Of a stretch of DNA of 64,000 bases, positions 12,701 to 24,084 are shown piece after piece. Below the pieces are notes generated by a model. It made no database searches. It saw only the letters and a program-made list of their open reading frames with translations, and had not been told where the DNA came from. The stretch is from assembly GCF_030684315.1 (NCBI RefSeq), contig NC_081384.1, forward strand, positions 4,135,829-4,199,828. The letters run 5' to 3'. The position numbers were made by a program, and so were the translations under genes. The stretch is from Stegostoma tigrinum. Its lineage: Eukaryota. Position 1 is the first letter of the stretch. Each line of letters opens with the position of its first letter.

Positions 12701-14289
12701 CAAAATTGGGCACAGCCTCCAAACACAGCAAGTAGCATGATGAAAAGGAAAAGATCCATCGTTCAGGGTCGCTGCAGGTCATTTGGTGGCAACACCACAT
12801 TTATATTTTAAAGAAGATGTTTAATTTAAGTCTAACGATTAAAGAAGCGAGCCATTTTGCTCTTGTCTCAGCACGCTGTGCAATCCAATCGAACTTCAGT
12901 CATTTCAACGCAGTTATTACTTTCACATTAGTAAGTTTGTTCGTTGCACTCTCACCTTTTGCTCAATTCATAATGCATTGGAAATACGCAGAGAGACAAG
13001 AAAACAAAGAATCTTCACATTAAATCGTGAAGATGCTGAATGTATGGCAATCAAATAAAGTTTATGATGGAACACTCCTCGGCACTAAATTGCTGTTAAA
13101 AGGGGCTCCTTTTTCCTTAACCGAGATGACATTATACAATTCACTCGGTGGGCAAAACAGGGGCAGTATATGTATTCCTACAAGTACTTTAAACAGCATC
13201 CTACACTTAATTCGCAGGTTCCAAACTGACAGCAAAGGCGAACGAATTGAAGATTATCAGCGGAAACTCGCTCAACTTATACTTTGATATGTAAACGAAC
13301 AAAATAACAAATCGATTAGGGCAAGACTGAAGCTTCTTCGTCCACAGGCAATAATCTCACTGGAAGCTTGCCTAATGTCTTTCTGCAACTGGATACCTCC
13401 AGTTTAAAAGCCTATGAGTTATATTCAGATGTATCTTACCGGAGTATTATTGACCCAGACTATATTTTTGATATACAGCAATATTGTGATAGACTGAACA
13501 ATCGTCGTTAATGATAAAGTGGTAACAACATTATCTTTTATGACTAGACATATTATGCTAAATTTAAAAAAACAACACAACTACTTCACACTACAAGACT
13601 TGATAACATAACATTGGAGGACTGAAGAGCGCTCTCAACTGGGAATGGAAGAGAGTTATCGTCCCTCGATCATAACACAAATGTATAAAAGCTGTTACAC
13701 TGAATTAATATGATACAGAAATAAATCGTCTTGTATATCGACAGATTTTCAGCTTTCCAAGGGCCCATTGTCCATTTGTCTGCCTTACAAGAAAACATGT
13801 AATAACGTCTTTTATGAATAGAGACGGTGCAGATATTACTGGGAACACACCTTACACAACTGCAAGTTCATCCATCTGTTCTGTTGATTTAGATATCGAT
13901 TAATTTATTCAACGTATAATCGATTAATCCATCTGACTGCAGATCCTTCTGACGAATAGAAATTCGGATCAAACTAATGATGCTTGCAATGACAAGGCAA
14001 TTCCAAAATTGTGCATTTATCAGTAGAAAAATGCACACAATTTGCATTGTTTAAAACTTTACCATGCCATTCATACACAAATACTACATTTTGGAATATA
14101 GCGATGTATCGGATAAATAGCAATAGGATAGATAAATGTGTCCGGTAATCTGCAATAACAGTTCGCACTATATATCATTGTTTATAGCTTCGTCACGTTT
14201 AGTGTTTTGCCACAGGAACCATTTATTCGGGTATCAGAACAGCAGAGATTCCTCTTTTTAACTAAGTTCCAAAAGTTTGCGATGACAAT

Positions 14290-14373
14290 AACTGGAGTAA
14301 TTCAGGCAGTTTCTTGTCACTGCGATCAAACAGAAGCCCAACAACATGAAACTACCTAAGTCACACAGCAGTT
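14290..14373 (-). ncRNA. mir-196: microRNA mir-196 precursor (mature 5p at 14358-14337)
   Basis: Minus strand contains exact UAGGUAGUUUCAUGUUGUUGGG. The 3p arm CAGUGACAAGAAACUGCCUG (14322-14303) pairs with one mismatch. Canonical position between Hox10 and Hox9. Confidence 0.98.
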
Positions 14374-16435
14374 CCATCTCACATGCGCCATAGACTGGAC
14401 TTAATGAATGAAGTTCAATTCGAACACTAAAATAAAGATTGACATTGTGAGATACGTTTTTACTAAGCATTATTCTTTAAAATATAATGACATTAATAAA
14501 ATTCTCACATATTTCTAAGAAAGGAAATGAAGGCGGGATATTTACAAACCTTAGTTTCTAGCGGCTCTAAACTACATCTATCCTTCTTTAATCAATCCAA
14601 AAGGACACATTGTACCATTTCGGGCTCGCTGGGCATTCGAATACACATAAAAGAAACCGCAGCGATCAGTCTCACTATACTGCATCATTATCATGGCAAA
14701 AGAGCAACGTTTGCACTTTTTAACATAATCAGCAGACCATTGTAACAAGAAACTTCAGGAAAATGAAACATTTAATTTTCCACCAAGTCAATTTGTTTAT
14801 CAACAGCCTTACAGGGGGATCTGGAAGAATACGCCAGTGAAACATGACAACAAGGCCCTACCATTTTCAGCATGTTTTCCAAAGTCTTGAAAACAAACGT
14901 GGATAACACTTAGCGAGTTTCCACTTGTAGTTTGCCAAGGAAAGTGTGACCATTTTCCTGATCTCAAATCTGTGCTGTGTGGCATGCCGCTTGGAGACAA
15001 TCTGCCTAAGTCCAACAAGTGCTACGTGACAGCAAATTGCCAAACATATTTACAAGCCATAAAACTTCACAAAAGCGGACGTGGTTGTCCATGGAACATC
15101 ATCAGTGCCCACAGTCACTTACAACGGTCTCGATGGTATTTAAATCACGGACACCGGATACCAAATAAATTTCAGACTGCGGGGTTTTCTTTAGGGATGG
15201 AAGCATCGGAATTCCCTGCCTTTTTTTCTCCACCATCAACTTGTCCATTTCAGGTCAATTTCACGGGTTCACAATCAACCAACCAATGTCCGTGATATAT
15301 ATGAGCCAAGCTTGATGAAAGAGCTACTAGCCAGCAAATAGTCAAAACAAACCTTAACAGACTTTTAGACGTTGAAGAAAAGTATTAAGATCTATAGAAA
15401 TGCTTCAAACACATTTTTGTCATTTTTAAATCTGTATTTTAATATTGATGAGGCTTAGGAAATAATGCAACCAATTTAAGACGTGAAATATACAGAACGT
15501 GCTATTCAAAAAAAAATCACGATTCGTTTACACCATGAGAGTGAAATATATCATTTAAACAGTTATTTGTGGACTTATATGTGGTCCCCAAATATTAACA
15601 TATCCTGTTATTTTCCTCATAAAAGGAAGTGTGGAGTTCAGTGTGCACAGCAGTAGACAAGATTTGATGAATACGACGTTAATAGGCTTTGGTATAGCTA
15701 GTTTCTTTACATTTTTTAAAAAAATAAATATTACATGCTATATGACATTACACATTTATTATCTGAAATCTCTATCTAAAACCACATATGTCAAATCAAA
15801 TGAGAGGACAGATCACTGTACATTGTCATACATTTGGTGGATTTTAAGATACATCTTATTCTTAAGCACAATCACATTTTAATTGCAGTGTATAATGCCC
15901 AATGAGCGTGTAGGTCACTGCAACAAGAAAATTGGACATTTGGTGTATATTGCGAAGTCCATTTGAACTAATTACTATATAATCACATCACTTATGCTGG
16001 AGAAGCTCAAACAAACAACTGCTGATCGATTCCAGAACACTAACTGACCAAAAACTCGTCTGCGTTTATCCATATTTCAGTCTGCAATTATACGTATGCT
16101 ATCATTTTTATTGTCAGTTCTTATCCATTTATTAGATTCTCACATTCCATTCACATTTTGCTAGGAAGCTTCACATCACATCTCTAATGTGGAACAGAGT
16201 GAGAAATGAAACAGCAAAATTAAATCTGTATCTTGTTAAGTAAGTAGGTGCCCAATACCCAACCACTGTCCTTACCCCGGCCCAGCTGTCTTTTAGTCCA
16301 ATGCTTTTGGTCCAAGAAGCTTTGAGGTAATATATGTGTAAATAGAAATATATGGATCAGTAGCAGTTCTTGATGAAAAATGAAAGTAATAGCGAGCGGG
16401 AATCCAGGTTAAAAAGTTGTCTTTCTAAAAAGAAC

Positions 16436-16600
16436 GAGCCAGGTGTCCACAGCAGGCCCAGCAGCATCTCAGGAGCACAAAAGCTGAGCTTTTGTGCTCC
16501 TGAGATGCTGCTGGGCCTGCTGTGTTCATCCAGCCTCACATTTTATTATCTTGGATTCTCCAGCATCTGCAGTTTCCATTATCACTGAGCCAGGTGTCCA
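16436..16600. mobile_element. Short fold-back PLE-derived insertion with 14-bp TSD
   Basis: TSD gagccaggtgtcca at 16436-16449 and 16587-16600. Perfect 38-bp inverted repeat 16448-16485/16487-16524. Body matches the terminus of the PLE at 53.2 kb. Confidence 0.9.
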
Positions 16601-18018
16601 GGCTGGCCAACTAACGTTTGGCCATTCCATGTTAATCAAAGGAACTCTAAACTTACATCAACATTTCTGTTCCCATAACAATTGCATTAACGTAACTAAA
16701 GCTGAGTTCAATACCAATATTTGCGCTTAAACTTTAAAGTTTATGTTATTCAATGTGTGTCCAGTTAATGCTTTACATCTTCAGCAACTCTGCATTTAAT
16801 ACGAACCTTCAGATATTAGTTGTTATTTTAAGCCGACTCAGCAGTGGGATAATTTTATTCAACTGCAAAACAATCAATACACTCTCCAAAGAATTTATTG
16901 CTTCTAACTTTTAAGAAGTTGCAATGTAAAAGACGCTGGCCTAATTCAAGCATTAGTATTGTAGCCTCCATGAAATACACATGCAATTTTTCATAGCTTG
17001 CACATTTCCATTTCTACCTATGCAGCGGTACTTTGAGATTGTTGCGTGGTAAGATAAAAACGTGGTTTAATTTGCAGTTCTTAGAAATATTTAAAATTAA
17101 TTTTATGTTTGACATTACGTTGGGGAAACAGCCCACTGAAAGCATATGACGTCAACGAAAGAATTGCGTATTGTTTGATAGGTTTTTTTGCAATGCCCAG
17201 CAATAACCCACCTAAATAATTCTGTACTAAAAGGCACGAAGGATTCATGACAGGGTGACCAACATTGAGAGTGCATATTTACCATTATGTTCTCTTACAA
17301 ACTGAGGAAACGGCATCATTTTAAGACAAAATATAATGGCATTTATCCAAATGTAAATAGTAATTCAAAATTTACCCTATGGTTGACCAAGTATTTCCCA
17401 TAATTATCCACTCTAATTGATTCAATATGTCTGCGTAGTTTGAGGCTGGACTCTTGCTATAATCTAACACTCTTGAGCATGAAGTATGCTTGCACAGATG
17501 GCGTACCGATTTCACTCCTGTCTCCATAATAAGAGGAAGCGACAGACGTAAAAGTACTTGTGAATACAACAAATATGCGTGGTACTAACTGTACGTCTGT
17601 TGAATCCAAGAAAAAAGACAAGATGGATAAAACAAGTTGGATTTTATTGCCCTTGTGGAACATTCTTTGAGTTCCGTTGCTCACGATTAAGCGATAGGAC
17701 TCTAAGTTATGTGATGGCTGTTAATGAGCTTCTGGACAGCAAGCTTAATGTTCAGTCTGTGTTCAATTCGAAAAGCAAATCAGTACCTTTTGTTATGATT
17801 AGTCATTTTTGAACTTGCAAGTCCTTCATTCGGCCATATCCCTTCTGCTTTGCTAGCTCAATGTTGTTGTAGTGACTAGACTTCTGAACTTGCAACCTCT
17901 CACCCCCCTCCCAAACCCCGCCCCCTATTAATGCTGTTGTCGCGCTCGAACCGTTTTAACGAGACATTTCATATCATCCGCCATCTCGTATATTTTGATC
18001 TTAAAAACATCGCTTTCA

Positions 18019-18290
18019 TCAAATGGGGAAAGTAGCCGATATTTCTCGAACTCTGTGTTCCCTGCTCATCTTTTTCAGTTTCATTCTTCGGTTTTGAAAC
18101 CAAATTTTGACTTGTCTGTCGGTTAGATTCACACTCCGGCTAATCTCCAGGCGGCGCTCTCGAGTTAAGTACATGTTGAAGAGGAATTCCTTTTCAAGCT
18201 CCAGTGTCTGTTGCTTGGTGTATGGGCAGCGTTTCTTCCTTCCGCCCTTTGCCGACAGCCAGTTTATCGTACTCTCAGTCTTTGTACTCT
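18019..18290 (-). CDS. hoxb10: Homeobox protein Hox-B10, exon 2 (homeodomain)
   Basis: After acceptor ttttcccgattgacag it reads [90 protein letters not shown], a group-10 homeodomain. B-cluster assignment is by linkage to Hoxb9. Confidence 0.95.
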
Positions 18291-19904
18291 CTGTCAATCG
18301 GGAAAAACACACTGTCAAACAACCTATAAAGTAAAATAGATTTCGTTTTCCATCCTTTCTCTCACCGTCAACGAGACAATGACTCAGGGATTGCAATCAG
18401 GTATCCCGATTGAGAATGGGGAAGGGTAGGATTTTCGGCGCAGAGTTAACTATGGGAATATGAACTCTCCATATTTTATCCTGATTTGTGATAGCATATG
18501 GTATAGAAGGTTGTTTCACGATGGAGCATTATCTGTTTTAATTCAACTTCAACGGCCTATGTATCAGTTTCGACAACTATACTTAAAGGGGTATCGTGTA
18601 CCTGGACAAATAACAGCAGGAAAGTCTATTTAGGTTCAATATTACACATTTTCTCGAATGTACGTTTCACTAAAACTTGATTCCTATCAATACAAATTGT
18701 TTAAAACACAGCTAATTTAGTTTACCTTTGACAGACATCCCCAACTAAAACTCTAATTATTGAGTAATTTTATATTAGAAATTTGCGTAACTGGTTTAAG
18801 ATAACTGTAGTTACTTCCTACAATATTCAGGAAACTACATGTAAACACTTGTTAACCTTCTAGTGGCAATGTTTTATGCACCGACCTTGCTGAGAACTGT
18901 TTTAGAACAAAGTTGTTAATGCCACATAGCAGTTAACCCCTGCATAAATTCTGGACTTTTTCTCCAAGGTTATGGTTTATGTGAAGGAGGGGAAACAATC
19001 GTGAACAGAGGACAATAAAATAGAACCATGGCTCAACTGTTTTAAACAGGAAGTCTTCAGTCTTTTTATAAGGATTCTCCACACTTCTCAAATTTTATTT
19101 TTTCCTGACACTCCAGCACCCTTTTGTTGACATGTATGCAAGCAGTTGATACATTTTAATGCAATTCATTGTCTTAGTGTGAGTGTAAGGATGCAACGCA
19201 CTAAGCCGATCTGTTTCGACCTAAGATTTTAGAATTTTTGCATTTTTGTTTCTTTAAAATGTAACGTTATCTCTGGCGTAAACATCTTTATAGTATCAGT
19301 CAAGTTTGGTTGCTTTCACCAATACTAAAATGTTATGCAACAGAATGCAGCATTGACAAACAGGTCAATGTGTACAATTTGTAGGCACAGTCCATTTGTT
19401 GCTCAACATCTTAGTCTGTAATGGTAAAATATTGGTGCTTGAATTTCTCGGGCACTAAAATAAGTCTTTTCATGAAATCCAACAGTTACAATAAAGCTGC
19501 AGTATCTTCCTGTTTAGTGGACCGAATGGCCTCCATCTGTGCTCTAAGTTTTGCTTATCTCCAAAGTGACTGGATTACAAATGCAATTAACCGCTAACCT
19601 TTTAAAATAAGACAGCATTGATGTAATCCATTAATGCAACTTACACCCTTATACAATTCTTCACTCTAATGTTAACGTTTAAAATCATGGAATGGAAAGC
19701 AATTTTATAAATTCAGCCGCCGTAAGCATATAAACATACAGGAGTAACAACACCAAAAGGAAGCAGTCGGTGTGGAGTTAAAATCTACGGCGTGTGTGAT
19801 GCACAGGACAGTTTGTTGCTGACCAAATTTCAATCAGCTAAGGGGAAACACGCGAAAGACTATCTGAATATCAGCGCTCGACGAGTCTATAAATGGAATA
19901 ACAT

Positions 19905-20100
19905 CAGGAAATGCTGTAAATAACTCTGCAGTCCTGGCGGCATCTATGGAGAAGGGAGCAGTTAATGTTTTCAAGACGTGACATTCGAACTGAAATATTA
20001 ACTGTTTCTTTGTCGCAGCAGATGCTGTCAGACCTGCCGTGCATTTCCGCCATTTACAATCTTTTTCGTAGATTTTCCAGATTGGAAATATTTCGCTTTT
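19905..20100. mobile_element. Old degenerate fold-back repeat in the Hoxb10 intron
   Basis: Arms ggcggcatctatggagaagggagcagttaatgtttt and aaatattaactgtttctttgtcgcagcagatgctgtc resemble the copies at 41.6 and 57.3 kb. Confidence 0.65.
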
Positions 20101-23100
20101 GGTCTCTGTAGAACTTCGGGCGTAATTGCGCCGAATCTATTTGCCAACAGATAAAAATCCCAATATTGAGCTGCAAATTAGAGCGTTTCCCGTGTCTGCT
20201 TTTTGGTCATCCAGTCGTAAAGCATCTATGTGAAATTATTATGGAGCTCAAATACTTAATGAAAACTGAAATTTTGCTGTACCATTCCCCTTCTGACAGC
20301 TTACCGAATGCATCAAAAGATCCAAAACATAACCAACTATATAGTAAGGAGTCTGAAATCAATCTAGACTTCTCCAATAGTTTTTTTTTCGAGATGTTGC
20401 ACTGTCAATTTGTATTTTTTAATTGTATGGGTGAAAATTGTAAACTGTATATATTTTCAAATCAAATGTTATGTTTTATTTGGGTGGGTCCCTAGTTCAG
20501 TGTGGAATGATGCGTTGAGTCGTTGGATCCTAAATTATAGACAATTACTCAACAAGTTTCAGGTGATGCTACCAGCGATAGCTTGTACAGAAGCACAATC
20601 CTACAATACCTTATGTTCAGTTTAATACATAAAATTGAAATTTACACTCCATTATCAGGCATGGTGCTAAAATTTTTTGACTAAAGCTGTTAATGCCTTG
20701 TTGAAAAATCTTATTTTACAACTAATGAATGAACTCTATCATAGTGTTTATGTTGTAATTGTTCTTATTATTTCATAACAATAAAATATATTGTATGCAG
20801 AAACGGTGTGGAAATAACTGATACCTAGGAATCACAATTAAGGAGGTTATGTAACTTGTACTTTGTTAGCTACAAATTCAATTTTAAAGGTAGCCAAAAT
20901 CCCAATCCAGCTTTAGCCCTCCATCTTTATTAGCTACTTTGTCACGTTATTAGGTTCTTTGTGTGAAGCTGATGTTACTTCAATGCAACAAAGATGGCGG
21001 AAGCACTGTTGTCGTAATATGTAGTTTGTATCCGAAAGTTTTTCTCATCTTTGGAAAAAGACGTTCTATGGAAGTCAAATAACCTCCTGAAACTGGAGAA
21101 TCAACTGATCTGTAATGGAGAACAGATTACATATAGAAAATTCGAACTGCCAGCTACATAGAACTAAATGAAATTTGAAATCGAAATGGATTGAATTTTT
21201 CTCACAGGTCGGATAATCTATCCATTGTTCAGAATAAATCAGCACGGATTTCACAGCTACAATGAAATCTTATTAATTTTAAAAAGTCTCCAATCAAATC
21301 TATTTAACTAAACTTTGCCAGCCCAAACTTACTGTATCTGTAGCTTTAGATGATGTTTCTAATTTAGTCTGAAAGTCATCAATAATTACTATCATTGCTC
21401 CTATTTACAGTTCACATTTAAAAGATGTGTCAAGAATGGATTTAATAGAGCATTTTCGTTCTTGTAAAGGTTATGCAACTTCTGAGGTGCTCCCTGGAAA
21501 TCCAGAGGGACAATGGACAAACTATGCCTCCTTACAATGCTTCACCTCAAATTCAAAATTTATCGTATGCTTAACATGTTCTAAATTTGCATAACAATAC
21601 GTAATTTGTGTATCTCGTTGTTACTTGATGCTCACTGCAATGCTCTTGTTTATGTCATTTGATTGTCTGGTTAAACACCCAATAAAATCAATACTAGGCA
21701 GAGAGAGTTCTCTTCACTTCAGCACATTCATGTTTAGACCTCAAAGACACACAAGCCGGTACAAGTTAGGAAACGGCCATTGGAGTTGTTTGGGGTTGCA
21801 GTTATTTTACAAAGGATTTTGCCGACTTTCAGGCAATTGAAGTGGTTATGCTTTGCAATGTTTCATTATTTTATGTGCGTGAAAGTATGTGAAGGAAATC
21901 CGTTATGGCGGATCCAAGTTAATTATAACTTCCTTCGTGTTACTGCATGCTGGTGTTTACCCATTTCTTTCGCCTTGTGTAGCGACTCAGGATTTTGTAC
22001 GGTATTGGACGGCAGTAGGGGTGGGGGAGAGCAGTTAAAAAACATGTCTTACGGGAAAGTACAGGAGGAGCATGGCTGTTTGATTACTCACCCATTAGAC
22101 GATAGTCAATCTCTGAAAGATTCGGCGATAAGTGTTATGATATTCGTCGCATTTTGCATACATTGTGATAGAATCAGCTCACAGCCAGACTGCTAATGGA
22201 ATCTTAGTTGCCTACTAAGAAATGGCATTCGGAGTGTTTCGGTTACAAATGAGCATGTCGGTTCAATTTGTTTGCCCCCGTGGTTCTTTTATTCCTAACT
22301 TACTGACGGCGAGTTCTCATATAATACCGCAATACCTCTGCAGCGCCGGGTGATGTAATTTTTCTTAGGCGCCATTATCCAGCTCCATGGCAACATATGA
22401 ATCTTAAATAGATGTCACATGTTGGCTCCAAGCTCATTTTAGTTATATTTAGTGTTTGGAATTCATAACTTAATCTTACAATTATTTAGATGAATGAACC
22501 AATCGTTGGATGACTGGGTTGTATAGCACATTCACTACCAGACTTAACACCCACAATTATTTACTTAAAACATCATTGACCACCAATGCAGATGTTTGCA
22601 TCAAAACTCCAAAATCTAGCACTACCTATGATTTCAATCGAAATAATATTCATCACTATAGGCGTTTTGAAATGATTACATGAATATTTACTAGCGATTC
22701 CTTCAAAGCCACTCACAGTTACAACACGTACCTCTATGTGTAAAATAGACACGCCAGCATACGATTATTATTTAACAGATCCGTTCAATCTGGTTGTCTC
22801 TGAATATATTGTCAGCATACATGGACAATCTATAGGTAAACTCATATGATGATATTTTAATTCTGTCATATGTTTGTAATTCTGCGTACAATTGTGTGAA
22901 TTATATTCCAGATTTTAGTCATGAAATTATTTAGATATATTAACAAACATAGTTGCATGATATTTTTTCGAACTAACGTAACTGTTTTCTGTTAATGTCA
23001 CGTGTGCTTCGTACGGTTTCAATTTTATGTTTTCTCCTTAAGCATGTCTTCCGTTTGACAATTTTTTTTCTCTTGGCTAGTTATGTTTATTTTACATCGG

Positions 23101-23360
23101 TTTGTCCCGCAAGTAAAGAGAGGCCTTCGGAACAGTTTTGATCTTTAAAAGTGTCTTTTAAACATGTTTGCAATTTACTCTGTCGTATGGAGCCTGTCCT
23201 ATAAATTACTGAAGGTATTAATTTGAGGGATCTTTATGCTGGAGACAAAAGCCTCCATAATAACCTAATTAATGTCACCTTGCCGCGGATGAGAGAGCTC
23301 CTAGGTCCGTGCTTCAAATGCCATGCCATTGTCTTCCCTTTCGCCCAGGAACTTACCCAC

Positions 23361-24084
23361 CTTTAACATCCTTCTCGGGAAGGTTTTTATTGGCGCCAGG
23401 AAACTGTAGAGTGGATGTTTCTTGTGCAAGCGTACTTTCTCTTCCTTCTGTGTTCTTTCCTGGAAGTCCACGGCCCGGCTCTTTTGAGGTGCTCACTTTT
23501 AGTTCTTTTTCACCTGGTTTTGAAGAAGACGACGTGGCGAAGGAAGAAGTGAAGGGAATGCTGGAGTGAAGCGAGCACGGAGCAGTGACTGACTGTGGTT
23601 GACTGTAATCCGTCGGTTGGTTCGATGAATAGTTCGGTTCTGAACGGAAGTAACTAGGCATGGGGACTCTACCACTGTCATTTGTGCAGAGTTCAGAAAT
23701 CACCCTCGGGTAGACTGAAACCTCGGAGTGCGTCTTCGTAAATTTATTCCCGCCTAATAAGCAATAGTTCGCTTCTTCCTTCACGCTGGACGTAAAGGAG
23801 TAAGTGTTTATCTGTTGGAATCGGCCTGTGTGGTTGGAGGGTGACGGGTTTGCCCACCCGGCCATGCCTGGCACGTACTGATGTGGAACCAAACCAATAC
23901 CTTGCTGGTTGTTCATCTCCCCTTGTTTACGTTGTGCTAGACCAACTTGCCAATTGTGTAGCCCGTAGCCCTGGTCCGCTCTGGAGGACAAATAAGCCCC
24001 AGGACAGTAAGATTCAGCCCGTCTGGAGCAAATTAAAGACTTCACTGAAAACGAGCTGGAAGTAGAATTCTCCGAACATGACAT
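23361..24084 (-). CDS. hoxb10: Homeobox protein Hox-B10, exon 1
   Basis: MSCSENSTSSSFSVKSLI..YL....DQGYGL..YSFTSSVKEE..YCL..VPMPSYFR are Hox10 N-terminal motifs. Phase-1 donor AAG|GTGGGT after 23361 gives 724+272=996 nt, 331 aa. Confidence 0.9.

Noticed and set aside
18291-18396. N-terminal part of the 125-aa ORF 18019-18396
   Set aside because: Intronic read-through upstream of the splice acceptor, with a non-ATG start.
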